A stretch of 64,000 bases of DNA, taken from positions 842,853 through 906,852 of the forward strand of contig MNCI01000668.1 in the NCBI GenBank assembly GCA_015680685.1. The letters are read 5' to 3'. The notes under the pieces are model-generated. The model was not told the DNA's origin, ran no database searches, and was given only the letters and a program-made list of their open reading frames with translations. Shown one piece after another: positions 11,901 to 26,328 of the stretch. This stretch comes from Gnetum montanum. Taxonomy: Eukaryota; Plantae; Gnetophyta. Numbering within the stretch: the stretch's first letter is position 1; each line of letters opens with the position of its first letter. The position numbers and the translations under genes are program-made.

Positions 11901-13577
11901 TAGACATCTATCTTTGTTATTATGTACAAGACTTTTAATGACCATGTTTAGATATATCTCTCTTTATATTTCATGTACCAGATTATGCTTGGTTATGTAT
12001 GAGTGAACATATTTGGATTATGCTGAGTATTTATGAAGGATTTTAGCTTTTCAATTTATGATGATTTATCTCTCTTATTCTATTTTATTTTTCACTTTTA
12101 TATTTAATTATTTATTTTTATTTCTTATCTTATCCTATTTTAGTCTATTCTTTTCTTATGTTTATGACTTCACCATAAGTTTTCTTTTATTTTATTTTTT
12201 CTACATTACTCTTATTTACACTTTTTTTTCTTTTCCATGATTAATCATTTATTAGACATTTTGTATCTAACATAATGCCCTTCAGCCTAAGGTTGGAAAT
12301 AAACATGTTACAAACTTACGTCAAAGAGTAGGTTTGATGATTACCTAATTTTTTGTTGTTATGTGCAAAGATGGTAGATACTAGAGGTGGACTTGGCCAT
12401 GGTAAGAGAATAGATGTTAGGCCTAGCAACCCAACTCTAACTCATGATCCTATTCTTAGATGAAAAAAAGAACTTGTGACAAATCCTTAAGTGGATTCTA
12501 TTACTTTTTCTCCTACTAGTATCATAAATTAGAATATCAATCAAGAAGGCAACAACCACTATCTTTTCTAGTTGTTTCATCATCATACTAAGAAGAACTC
12601 AAACTCATTATCAATACTTGTTGTTTTAGAGAGTTGTGGCAGTGGTAGATGACCAATGGACTATGAGCTTATGAGAAATTTTACAAGCTAATATCACCTA
12701 TCTTTCAAGCTATAGAGGATCCTACTAGTTGGAAGAGATTATTAAGATCTTTAATCTAATGAACTATATTCTCAAAAATAAACTCAATTAGTGACTCACT
12801 AGTTTAAAGGATCTACTATTGATTGGTGTGCTAATTTGAAGAAAGCACATCTTTTTAAGGATGATGATGTTCATTGAAGTGATTTTCTTCACCTTTAAAT
12901 TGAGCATTATATTCATTCAAAGTACATAAAGAAGAAGATATATGAGTTAATGAGTCATCAAATGATATTTTGTAAGTCCATTGTAAGTCCTAGACTAAGG
13001 AAGTGTATTACAAATACTATGTTTATAGTCCTAACATGTTCAGTTGAGGTTTATGTCTTCTAGGACTGCATCCTTATTTGTTATTTCATATTTTTGGGTT
13101 TGATTTATGTCTCAAACTTCTTAAGATATTTCCAACCTCATTTGAGCATCTATAGATTCTTCCAACATGTTTACATGGATCCTAAATCTCATACTAATCT
13201 AATGCTTAGTGTTTTAGGAAGGGGATGTACTAACATCCCTACATTAGTGCATATTCTACATAAATATTGATGCATCTCTTGTTTGCCTAGGTTTGGATCC
13301 AAGTACCAGAAGTGTACTTGAATTGGTTAGGGCTACATTGATTGACCTTAATGCTTGGACATTGACAAACCTCCAGTATTATATTATAAAAACTATAAAT
13401 TATTGGGATAAAGCATCAAAATTATGATTGATAGCTTAGGAATTTCATTTAGGCTTTCAACAATTGTTTTATATGAAGAGCTCTTCCTCCTTGGGTACCT
13501 TGATTTTCTTCATCTTTTATATGTGTTTTGATTCACTTTTCTCACAAGTCCAACTAGGCTGTATCAGAGTACTACCT

Positions 13578-13947
13578 TGTGGAATATGATGACTAGATGT
13601 TCCACAATAGAATTAGATAAATCTCATCCATTAATCTATGTTAAATAAGATGATATCCTATTCATGTAATTCTTATCCAATCCCATGTTTAGGTCATCCC
13701 ATATTAAGAAGATCCTTAAATAAGATGATAAGGATCATTCCCATGATTTTTGAGATTCGTGCTTATCTCTCCAAATCTATTCTTGGGAGATCAAGGCCTA
13801 TATAATTGTAGCAGCACATATTCATTCATAATAGAAGAAAGACATAATAGAATTTAAGAAAGTTTAACAAGATTGTATTTTTTCTAACAAAGTTCTTTAT
13901 TTTCCTTTAAGCTTAGATTGTAGATCCAGGGCCCTTTAGACTCTTCA
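13578..13947 (+). repeat. 5' LTR of E
   Basis: TG...CA termini; direct repeat of 19000-19369. Confidence 0.97.
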
Positions 13948-13949
13948 TT

Positions 13950-13960
13950 TGGTATTAGAG
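13950..13960 (+). promoter_or_regulatory. PBS, tRNA-iMet type
   Basis: TGGTATTAGAG versus canonical TGGTATCAGAG. Confidence 0.9.
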
Positions 13961-13998
13961 GAGGTTAGATCAGATTCTTGATAATAGATCTCTCCAGA

Positions 13999-16900
13999 AT
14001 GGCCCAAAATCATGGATCTGTCTCTCTCCAAGTTCCTGTATTCAATGGAGAGAATTATGAATATTGGGCAATCAAGATGCATATATTTTTGATCTCACAA
14101 GATCTGTGGGATCTTGTTGAAAATGGATTCCAAGATGTTGAACAACATTTCAAGCCTTGAAGGAAGATGAAAAGATTGAATTTAAGGATCTTTGTAAAAA
14201 ATATGCAAAAGCATTATTCATCATTCAATCTAGGTTAGATTTGACAATATTTCCCAAAATTGTCATGCATCATTGTAGCAAAGTTGCATGGGATGGATTG
14301 GAGATTGCATACAAGGGATCATTAAAATTTCATGTTGTCAAGTTAAAAGTATTAAGAAAATATTTTGAATCTTTGCACATGCTATATTTAGAGAATATTG
14401 ATCAATACATTAGCCAATTTCAACAAGTTCAAAATGGACTTTAATCTTGTGGAGAAACACTTGAGGAAAGGCATGCTGTTGAAAAGATCCTTTGAAGTGT
14501 AGCTTGATGGTATTATACTATCATTGTGGCTATTGAAGAAGCAAGAGATATTGATAAGATGACCATGGTTGAGCTCGTAGGAAGCTTAAGGACATATGAG
14601 CAAAGAATTGCTGATCGTGAGGATTCAACAGAAAATGCATTTCAAGAACAATTTCAAAGGACATCCAATCAAAATCAAAATCAACATCAAAGATCCTCAA
14701 GTAGATCCTCATTTAGAGGACATGGACGCAGTTGTGGTAGATCCGAAGGTCGTGGTCATGGAAGATCAAAATAATCAAAGGAAGATAAGCATTGTGATTC
14801 TGTGGTACCAACACCCATAATACTCTTAAATGTTGGTCAAGGAAGAAGTATGGAAAGAAGTGTAATGCAAACATTGTAGAACATGAAGATCAACAAAAGG
14901 TAAGAAATTATTTTACATTGAAAAGAAGGAAGATCAACTCTTGATCTTCACAAAGGTCTGAGATGCTAGCAACAACATTTGGTATGTTGATAGTGGGTGT
15001 AGCAACCACATGACAGGGAATAAGAAGCTATTCTCAAGCTTGGAAAAATATTATGGAAAAGGTAACCATAGGTAATGTGAAGAAGTTAACCATTACTAGG
15101 ATTGGATCACTTGCCTTCAAAACAACTCAAGGTAACAAATATGTTATTTCCCAAATCTATTTTGTTCCAAATCTTTCAAAGAATTTATTAAGTGTGGGGA
15201 AATTATGTCACAATGGGTATTGTGTTGAATTTAAAAATTAGGATTGTAAAATTTCTAAGGCTAATGATGATAAAGGTATTTTTATTATCCCTATAGGAAA
15301 GAATCAGATGTACAAGTTGTAGATGCAAAAGGATGTTCATTGTCTCACTATCACTAAACACATAGCATGGTTACAACATGCTAGGTTGGGACATGTCAAC
15401 TTTGGCTCAATGGATGGCATGCAAAAAGGAGAAATTGTAAAAGGTATGCCAAATTTTTCTTTGCCAGATAATCATGATTGTGGAATATGTAAACTAGGAA
15501 AAATAACAAGGTTTCCATTTTCTAGAAAAGAACATAGATCTCAAGAAAAATTAGATCTAGTTCATATGGATTCATGTGGTCCCATGCAAACATTGAGCCT
15601 AGGTAAAAATCGATATATGTTAATCATAGTGGATGATTTTTCAACATTTTCTTGGGGGTATTTTATGAAATTAAAAGATCAAACATTGGGATTTTTTAAA
15701 GAATTCAAGGTGGAAGTAGAAAATCAAAGTGGCAATAAAAGTAAGAAAATCTGAACAAATTGTGATGGTGAATTTTTATCAAATGAATTTGATGAATTTT
15801 ACAAGAAAAATGAGATTATTCATCAAACCACCACATCATTCACACCTCAAAAAAATGGCATTGGTGAGAGGAAAAATAGAATAGTGGTTGAAATGGCAAG
15901 ATGTCTACTCCAAATGTTAAGTTTAGAGAATAAGCATTGGGTAGAAGCTTGTGCAACATCAATTTATCTTTTAAATAGGGTGCCATCAAGGTCAATTCTA
16001 AACAAAAGACCATATGAATTATGGAATGGTTATTCACCCAATATTTCTCATTTGAAAATTTTTGGTTCACCTTGCTATGTCCAAATCCCTGCACAAAATC
16101 AGCAAAAGTTAGATATGAAATCTACACAGTGTATTTTTTTGTTGGTTATGCCAAAAATACCAAAGCCTAGAAATGTTATGATGAAAGAAATAAAAAGGTG
16201 ATAGACTCACATGATGTGGTTTTTCAAGAACATAAATTCATTAAACAATGTGGATCAGATTTGCAACCATTTTCATGTGATTGTTTTATCAATGATCTGC
16301 AACTTCACTCTCCTTTGATCAATAGTAGTAGTAGTCACAATAGATCTAATATTTCTGATTTTTTGCAGTAGCAACATAATATCTCCTATTCCAAGTAAAA
16401 AATGCAAGCCTCAAACTCAAATTTGTGGAGCATTTTTCCCATTATAATAGATTGCAACCACAACGTTTTAATCACCACCTTGGGAAAACATCCTCATCTA
16501 CTATGAATTGTTTTCCTTTTTTTTGCTACACATTCTTTTGAAATTTGTGGGACCACATTAGATAAAAATGGCAAGTAAAAAGGAATCACATAGACTTTTA
16601 AAGTACCATCATCTACCACTATGCCCAAAAAACCATACAATTTCACAATCCAACAAAACCAATTCAACATGTTAAGGCCCCATAATTGCCACAAGACCCA
16701 CACTTCCATAAGCCCTTGTTCAATGATCAGTCGCCAACCCATTGATTCGCTCTACTCAATTCACCTGTCTAGGTGTTGCATACAACCAGTGAACTATTTT
16801 TACAGGAATAACTATAGCAACAGAGGAATATATGTGTTTGTTGTTGCCAACTCTGACGGTGCATGATCCAGCAATGACTACTTCCAAGAATCCATGATAG

Positions 16901-18960
16901 TACAGCAAAAAAACCTATGCACTACCACCTCATGTCCATTGCAACCCTAACATGGTCATCCAGGTGATATTTATCATAATTTTTTTGTTGCATCAATGTT
17001 CTCATCCCTTGTCCAAATTATTCATGCAATGGCCAAACATGGTGGTATCCTTTTAACATCTCCAACTTTCCAATAGTTCAATAGATACATCTTGCCACCA
17101 CATTACGATATTCCACACTATATCTAATCCTCATCACCACCCCATTTTTCATTTATCCAAAAATGTCCAGGGTGGGAGGAAAATCATTCCAATAGTGCAT
17201 CTATTTCCAACGCTACTTCACATTGGGATAAAAACTAGAATGTTTCAACCAACAATGTGGTGTAGCAGCATAATAAAATTTCATTCCCTCTTCCAAGACA
17301 AACCTCTACAGCAGTTCCCTCACAAATCATTCCATCTGGCACACCTTCTACATCAACAATGTCTACATCATGGTATATTCCATCCACTTCTCGGCTAGCT
17401 CAATATCATCCAGCCTCCATCATGCTAGATACAAATTTTACAAAGCGCATGACTCGTAGTCATTTTTGTGAAGACATTGCTCCACCAACCTAGAACATGG
17501 AATCTATTAAGAATGCTCTCTTCACTGCCATGGATGATGAATCTTTTGTGCTACTTACGCCGATGGGGGAAAGCAATGATGGTTTAATGGAACCATCTAT
17601 AGTTGTTGAAGTTGCACTAGATAACAATTGGATTAGTGCCATGGAAAGAGAGTTACAACAAATTAAGAAAAAAAAACATTTGAAGACTAGTTCCTCATCA
17701 GTCTGGTAAGCCTATTATTGGTTTAAAATGGATATTTAAAATTAAGAAAAATTAGTATGGTGAAATAGAAAAATTCAAAGTTTGCCTAGTTGCCAAAGGA
17801 TATATCCAACAACAAGGTAGAGACTTTGATGATAACTTTGCTACTATTTCATGGATGGAATCTGTGAGAATCTTTCTTGCCATTGCTACACAAGCTAGCT
17901 ATGTGGTTTATCAACTACTTGTGGCCTCTGCATTCCTCAATGGAATTCTTAATGAAGAATTTTATGTGGAACAACCACTAGGCTTCATTGATGAAGGACA
18001 ATGAAATCATGTTTACAAGCTTCATAAAGCATTATATGGGTTCAAGAAAGCTTCACATCCATGGTACACATGTATTCATGCATTTTTGATGCAAGAAGGC
18101 TTAACCAATCTTCAGTCCCAAATAACAATATACAAAAAGGTATCTAGAGATGATTTTATTTATTTATTTTTATATGTAGATGATTTAATCTATTTTTCAT
18201 CTACAATTGCATTAGGAAATAATTTTCTTAATGCCATGAAAAAAGAATTTAAAATGTTTGATTTAGGGAAGATGTCATAATTTTTTGGTTTTCAAGTTAT
18301 CTAAAGAACAAAATCAATTTCCATATGCCAAATGAAATTTTCCCAATCCTTAATTGAGAACTTTGGCATAATTAATTGTAATCCTTCAGATACACCACTT
18401 GCCCTTTGTACAAAACTTACCAAGGATGACAAATCCCCATCTGTCAACCCTTCACTATATAGATCCCTAGTTGGTAGTTTAATGTATCTCTCTAATACTC
18501 GTCCAGATATCCAATATGTTGTAAATTACCTTTCTTAATTCATGTAAAATTCTCATGAATCACATTGGAAAGCTACAAAACAAGTATTATTTCATAGCTA
18601 CATCAAATTATATCGTCGCACTCTCAAAAGCAGAAGTAGAATACATAGCTGCATTAAATGCTACTACTCAAGCCATATGGATCCACTCCATTTTCACTAA
18701 AATGAGATATATACTTGAACCTCCCATTTTCTTATACTATGATAGCACAAGTGCTATTGCAATGGTTCACAATCCTATTCATCATGGTCATTCCAAGCAC
18801 ATAGATATCAAGCACCACCATCTTAGAAGCTTGATCCAAGATAACATACTCAACATGGAACATTGTGTAACTAAAGCACAAATGACAGACATCTTTACTA
18901 AGATTGTGAGACATGAAAAGTTTGAGTCTTTCTGAGACTTCCTAAAAGTGGAACCTTTTA
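13999..18960 (+). pseudogene. gag-pol: copia gag-pol polyprotein (stops, frameshifts, RT/RH junction deletion)
   Basis: Gag VPVFNGENYEYWAIKM..SQDLWDLVENG; zinc knuckle CDFCGTNTHNTLKC; PR WYVDSGCSNHMTG; INT HARLGHVN / DLVHMDSCGPM; RT LYVDDLI; RH KHIDIKHHHLR. Confidence 0.95.
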
Positions 18961-18999
18961 CCATCATGGAAGGGAGGGGGGGAGGGGAGGGGGGTGGTT

Positions 19000-19369
19000 T
19001 ATGGAATATGATGACTAGATGTTCCACAATAGCATTAGATAGGTCTCATCCATTAATCTATTTTAAATAAGATGAGATCCTATTCATGTAATTCTTATTC
19101 AATCCCATGTTTAGGTCATCCCATACTAAGAATATCCTTAAATAAGATGATAAAGATCATCCCCATGATTTTCGAGATTCATGGTTATCTCTCCAAATCT
19201 ATTCTTGGGAGATCAAGGCCTATATAATTGTAGTAGCACATATTCATTCATAATAGAAGAGAGAAAAAATAGAATTTAAGAAATTTTAACAAGAGTGTAT
19301 TTGTTCTAACAAAGTTCTTTATTTTCCTTTAAGCTTAGATTGTAGATCCAGGGCCCTTTAGACTCTTCA
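19000..19369 (+). repeat. 3' LTR of E
   Basis: Starts TA (from TG), ends CA, followed by TSD TACCT. Confidence 0.97.
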
Positions 19370-19799
19370 TACCTTTCTTAAATAGCCTAGAACTATTTGG
19401 TTAATGTAGAGCCTAGTGTTTTTTTAGTAAATAAAGCTCACGAGTTTTCCTTAGTTTCATAACATGGATATGTTAAAACATTAAACTATCAACAATATAT
19501 TTCTCATTTATATTACATTAAGCTATGATGATTCATCATTATCCAAGGAGGTCACAACTATACGACATTGTGTTGTACCATCAAGATTGTGACTAGAAGC
19601 TATTTATTATTTTTTGTGTATAGTGTTGTACCTATCCCTTAAGGAATTATTATACATGTACATATTTATGATAATTTCACTTATCCCTATAAAGGATTAT
19701 GATGTGTGTGCATTATTTTTCATTTTATTCTTATATTTATAAAATCCATAAAAATTATAAAATCTAAAATGATTAATATTCTCTCATTTCTCCATTATG

Positions 19800-22700
19800 G
19801 AAACATGGATTTGTCATTGTATGATATGTATTATAATATATTTTATGTTTATTGAATGGAATTATATATATAAGTATTCTTGATGATCCACTCAACATTA
19901 TTTTTGAAGATATAACTAGATCAGACTACGTTATATATGATATAATACCATTGGTCATGGGTGATAAGACCGCTATCATTAATTCTATTATTAAGAAAGG
20001 CATTGATATATTACCTAGAAATAGTTATATATATTTTTATCTTAATATTTTTTCAACTCGAAGTATGTGTTTCTTAAGCATTATGTATAGGTTGTTATCA
20101 CAAATGATATGGTGGAGAACATTCAAAGTCCATAAAGGATCTTTATAAGGAGGGATGCTACTAAAAGAATTAGGACTTTTGTTATATTTGAACATTTAGA
20201 GGATGCAATCCTACAATTGATCATTTTATATTATCACCAAGATAAGCAAGCAAGGTTACATAGTTCTCACTAGTAATTCTTTAAGGAACCAATTGAGGCT
20301 ACATCATATGATCTCAAAGTGGATAAGTCATCATTAGCATAGATGGTGATTACATATTTTACATGGCTTCAAAACTAGTGTGCATTGACTAAAAACCTTA
20401 TTAGATGCAAGATCTCAAAGAGAAAATGATAGAAGAGAAATCTTGCCATAGTTTTCCATTTGATCATTTAGATGGAGAGGACAAAAACAAAGCAAAGTAT
20501 AATGGAAAAAGGACCAACCTATCATAAAGGCTCATTGTTAGGTATGATCCATCATAGTGAAACTAGAATCCATGATGTTGATATACTCTATAAGTTCCAA
20601 CATCTATACTTATCTAGATCATCCAATGATGTTGTTCCTTTATCTGACTTGGGTAACTATCATAAACTTAATGAAGCTGTCTATATTCCAAAGGAGCATG
20701 TTCATGATAGTCATATTAAATGAATCAATATGGCCACTGTTCCAACATACATAGGTCTTAATAGCTATGATTTCCAACTCCACATATAGTCATTTGATAA
20801 TGCTTTCTATCTAGAGGAGATTGCTAATGATTAGTAGAAGCTATGGTTATTTTTCTACATCGTCATATAGCATGTGAAAATATGATATAAGTATTTACAT
20901 TAAAAATAAATTCAAAAATAGGACTACATGGTTGACATTTTCTACACTAAATTGAAAACTATGCTCACATTTCAAATAGCTAGAAGAAGATGGCTAGCTA
21001 GAGACAAGAAGCTTATGAGCCACTAGACATTACCATGGAAAGGTACATGAAAATTGTTCAGCACTATCCAAACCATGACTTTAGTGAAAGAGAGAAAATG
21101 ATGCATATTGTGAAAGGCCTAAGGTAGGAGAGAAGGAAGTGTGTAGACATGTACACAATGAGCCAAGTCCATAGAAAGTCCATGCCCTACCTAAAGCAAA
21201 GCTCTGCTAAATACGATTACAAGGCGACAAGGTGAATGACAAAAAAAATAATTATCTAAGAAGTATAATTGCATTCCTACATAGAGAAGGGAGATCAAAA
21301 ACATTGAAGATACAACTGAACCTTCCATTGTAGTTGAGGTCTTAGTAAAAGACTAAGTTAGAACCAAGAAATCCTTAATAGACTTGATCCACGAGGTGGA
21401 CCACATTGAAAAAGCAATAGATAAAAAGATGTCTACTATTCTTAAGGATATTGAGGGTATGATGGTTGAACTTATATAAAAAGTAATTGTATTAGTCAAA
21501 TAGAGTAAGACATACAATATCAAGGGTAATGGAAAGCTTTCATACTCTAAGATCATTAATGAAGATCTAGGTGAGGCTTCCTCATCCTTCATCAATGAGG
21601 ATCCCTATAAATACCATGCAAAGCCTTATGAATCATGGTATTTCCTACTTATGATCCATTTGATTTGTGAAATTAGGGATTTACAATGCCTTTGAAACCT
21701 AAGTTCATCTAAAGATAAACAAGAAGGGTTTCCTTAGCTTGGCCAATCACATTCTCTTAGAGGTGTGTACTCATAGTCCATGCTATAATACTAGTAGTAG
21801 AAAACTTCAAATCAGTAAAATATTGCATCATAGAATCTTCCTAATCTAATGCAACAATAGATAACAGTTTCCATAAATTTATAATTTTAAGGTATCAAGG
21901 TAGATACTTACCAATTTGTACAAATGACATTGCAATACCTAATGCAAATAGTCCTACTCATCAAGATTCTTAACAATAGTAGTAGCAATAGCTTCCTCTT
22001 CTTAGTCCCATGTAGGATGGGATCCTTAGTCAACCACAACCTAGGCAAGCCAAATATTATAATATATTCTATTACACTTATCATATTTCAATGTATTATA
22101 CTAGGCAATATTACCAAAACCTATTAATTTGGTTGTAGGAGGAAGCCCAAGGCTCCATGGAAAAAAAATTACCATAAGAAAAAATGTAAGCACAATGGGA
22201 CTATGTTCACTCCATCCTCTACATTCTATTGGGAGTATAACAATACAAGAAAAATGAGATTCCATATTAAGGAGGTCCCAGTATCATTCCCTAAACATTG
22301 TTAGGGCCAAATAAACATTTCAAAAATAAGTTCTAAAATTATTTTTGGACGATATAGCAAGATTGAACCATCTCTATGTTCAAGGTGGCTACGTAGGTAG
22401 TTAAGGAAGGATAATTTTTAAAAAAGAGATCAAATCTTGCAAGTTCCATGTTGGACATCGAAATTGGTGAGAAAGATCACTACCCAACTCTCAATAACTC
22501 TAGTTCTGAGGTCAATATCATTTCATTCTAATAATACTTGATTGGAGGCTTCCTTCTTTTAAAAGTATTAATATTCAACTAAAGCTAGTGGATCAATCTT
22601 ATATTTTCCCAAAGGATTAAGTCAAGAATTTGATGACAACATTAGCAAGTTGTTCATATCCTATGGATTTCTTGATGATCAAATTAGAAAATAAGATGGG

Positions 22701-25222
22701 AGAAAACTTTCCTATCATCATGTGAAGGACCTCATTGAATACCATTAATGCTAGGTTAGTCTTCTTGAACCTTTATCTTAAAATTGGTAGGAGGTATGAG
22801 ACCAAAAAAATGCACTTCAAGAAGATAACTTATTATCCTTCTTAGTCATGTAACACCATATAAATATGCCATTCAGATGAGCTAGATAGAGTCTTTCTCA
22901 TTGATGAGTAACATATGAAGCATTACAAATAATATCTTTCATCACAAAGCATGTCCAACACTTAATCTCTATGTTACAGTTAAAGGTATACTAGGTGATA
23001 GATATGGATTAGTTGTGGAGGAGAAATCTTCTACACCATGTCAAAATTTTCTTTTAATTTTGCTACTTTTTTTGTATGCTTAATAAAATTGGTATGTTTA
23101 TATAGAATTTTTATACTTTTTGAGCCTAATGGGTAATCTATGGTGATATTCTCTTTTTTTTAAGTGTTTTTTTGCATGTCTATATGGAAATCAATTAATG
23201 TGCTTTATGAACGCATACCTAATAAGCCAATGGTAGATGAATGAGTTATAGTTGTGATGATGATGTGAAAGTGCTAAATAGGTTTAAAATGAAGCCTTGA
23301 TTAATGAAACAACCATAGAATAAAATTCATCCATCTAGTTTTTATTATATGGATCATTAGTGAATCAGGCTTAGATTTAGTGGGGAGTTGGGACTCATCT
23401 CAAAAGAGATTAAAGCTAATGCTACTAGAACTATAGGTAGTTTATGGGTTCACATCTTAGGATCTAAGCTCTGATATCCTAAATGAGTGCTTGATTTTTG
23501 GTAAGATATGGTATATCATTTAGGATTTTTGTTATCACTATAATGGGTTTGATCATTATGGTTAGACCAAGGTTCATGTGTTCCCATGTATGACCACTTT
23601 AGTTAGAAGAAGTTTATAATTTTTATGAACCTATGCATGCCATGTGGTGAGGGATGGGTTTTCATGTTTATTTAAGTTGAAGGATCTAGGTGGTGATTTA
23701 ACAGTGTGAGAAAAATGATAAAATAAAAAGAATGATAGAAAATATGAAAAAAATAAGAGAGAGAAAAGAATGAAAAATAATGAAATAGTAAGAACAATGA
23801 TGATAAGAAAATATGGTAATGGAAATAACAATATAATATCCAAATTATTAGTTGACATAAATTGTTACTCTTATGATCCTAGATTGATCTTATAGTTGAT
23901 TAATTAAGATCAAAATAGGAGATTGAATCAAAATCCATGAAAATCCTATATCATATTTGACCTATTTCCTAGATCACTTGATTATCAAATGTAATAGTCC
24001 AAGATAATATCCTACTCCATTGCTACCCATGGCCATGGAGAACTAGAAGTTTCTTTCTTAGTAAGCTTTAGTAATGTCAAGTGTTTCTTCCATCTAAATT
24101 CTAAATCCATTTGTTCCTAGAGGTTATGATCATAATCCTTTACCAAAATTATGACCATGGCCATTATGAAAAAACAAATTACTTGGTTATGAAATTATAA
24201 TCACTACTAGGATTAGGATCAATTAGTGTATCTAGGGAGATCAAAGAGAGGTTTTTGGTAAAGCAAAACTCAAGCATCCTACTATGCATATGTGCTTGGA
24301 TGAAGGAAAAAAAACTAAAATCTTAACTTCTAAATGATATATGGCACATTGTCTTGATTTAGCTTCACCAATGATTAGATTGTGGAACAATCAAGGTCAA
24401 ATAACATTGGCAAGTGGTAAGTATGACCTCTGTACTTAAAAGGAGGTCTTAGATATCAATACCTCTTATATGGATAAGTAGTGAAGGGATGCAATGATGG
24501 ATCTCTCCTGAGATGTAGGACATGCTCACATTCTCCCATAAGCTATTTGAATGGTTGAGTAAGGATCTAGTGATGTTTCACTTTTACCAACACTTTCTTA
24601 TCCATTATTCATTTTCCATATTTTTTTTCTACTCTGTGCATTGTTGTGTATGATAGAAAGTTGACTAGTAAAGTAGAAAATGCAATATGAACATCCAAGA
24701 GGATGGATTCATATTTAATATTAAAGTATCATTGGTTATTTTAAATTTACATGTATTCCATCAATAAGTTTCAGAAGGGTATGAAAGAAAGATGTCTACT
24801 ATGGAGAGGATCCACTTGTGAACCATTGATGGTTTAACATTATAAGTGAATGGTCTGAAGTATATCTTCTATAGAGGGTGGTGGTTGAGTAATAATAAGG
24901 CACTTGATTGATCTTATACTTATGTGAGTGTCAACTCTAGGCACATTAAGATTTCATCATGAAAAACTCTTTCCACTTTACCTTACTTGTACATGTTATT
25001 TAATTCTTTGGTATTCTAATTATCTTACATCTTTCTAATCCCTATTTTATAGCCCTTCATTCATGGGAATGCATGACATTGAAAATTTGACTCACATTCC
25101 ATGAGCTTGGATCTCATCCAAGGTAAGATTTTAATGTTTTGATTTTCTTACTCTTTACATGCCTTATTTGGTAGATCCCTAGTAATTTGGATGAGTTTGT
25201 GTCTTTGTTTATTTTCTTGAGA
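19800..25222 (+). mobile_element. Highly decayed internal region of an older A/B-family gypsy
   Basis: Protease-like relic at ~22480-22730 (NSSSEVNIISF...INIQLKLVDQSYIFPKG). 24798-24821 (ACTATGGAGAGGATCCACTTGT) resembles 33189-33210. Boundaries are approximate. Confidence 0.45.
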
Positions 25223-25227
25223 CTATG

Positions 25228-26156
25228 TGTTAAGTTCTTTATTCTTATGTTCTTACACTATAGAATGTTGGAATCAATCAAATGGAGGGCCGCAAGTAAT
25301 GTAAGGGCAAGTTTACTAGAATCATGGTGAAGAACACTAAATATTAATTCACTCTTTAGAAAGAAACAACTATCTTATTATTTAAATTCAATATAATAAT
25401 TTCATTACAATTACATCATTCAACCTAATTCTGAATATTTAAATTCTTTGAGTATCTATCTACATATTATCTTTATATATATCTCTCCATATATCTCTAT
25501 ATCTCCCCTGTATTTCCTCTTATACCTATACATCAATCCAACACAAAATGACTTTGGTATATGGTTGTAATAACTTTTGGCTATGACCTGGGTGCAAATC
25601 ACAACTTTCTATCCAAAGTAGAATCATCTAGTTAATCAATTATTATTAGGGAATGTGATCAACAGTCTCAGTCAACCATTTTTAATGGTCGAGTATTTAA
25701 ATCCCAATGGTTGTGTAACCGAATTAGGTCGAAAGGTCCATAATGATTGTGACATTGGTGCAAGTCATAGGGACTTACATTGATGGATTCACATTTCTAT
25801 TACAAAATAAGTTACGAGTGGTTGCAAATAACATCTGAGAGAAAACTCCTTGTTGTGGACTCATGTAGGTCGTATGAGCATGTAGTACCTTGTCCAACTT
25901 AGATACAACCTTCTGTGTTATTGTCATCTCCATTCTAAGCTAACTTCACTTGGTCCTCAATCCTCAATCTTTAAAAATTGACCCCTAGTAGGATAGGCAT
26001 TATTTCCTTGATGAGTTTGAAACTTATTGGAAATCATATTTTGAGTTAAGACTCTGAACTGTGGGTGGCTGTGGGTTGCATGAGCTCCCAGCTACCCATC
26101 CAAGTCTAAAAAATTGAGGAAACCAAGTGCAACGAGCATAAATTCACATCCTAACA
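25228..26156 (-). repeat. 3' LTR of D
   Basis: Aligns end to end with 60202-61156 (roughly 80% by eye). PPT-like minus-strand AGGGGCTA is adjacent at 26157-26164. Confidence 0.92.
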
Positions 26157-26328
26157 TAGCCCCTAGCTATCTCTTTATTATCTCAATAAAAGACAGAAAA
26201 ATAATGCACATGAATTCATGAAAATATAATAAATAAGAGAGCACATAATGAAATCAATCCCCTCTATCATAGCATCTCAAAACATACCAAGAAGAGAAGG
26301 GAAATAAGAAGTAGAGAAACAAAAATGC

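Larger units (their letters stand above)
13578..19369 (+). mobile_element. Element E: full-length Ty1/copia retrotransposon, 5.8 kb
   Basis: 370-bp LTRs at 13578-13947 and 19000-19369 (~21 mismatches by manual count, ~94%). TSD TACCT at 13573-13577 and 19370-19374. PBS TGGTATTAGAG at 13950. PPT 18968-18997. Domain order GAG-PR-INT-RT-RH. Confidence 0.97.

Noticed and set aside
12058-12240. Hydrophobic F/L/I-rich ORFs (also 23631-23858) resembling membrane proteins
   Set aside because: They are translations of low-complexity T-rich or A-rich DNA.
13215-13255. Similarity to 61215-61250 (GGGG..CATCCCTACATTAG) suggesting another LTR pair around 13.2-61.3 kb
   Set aside because: The match is only ~25 bp, and I could not extend it or find termini or a TSD.
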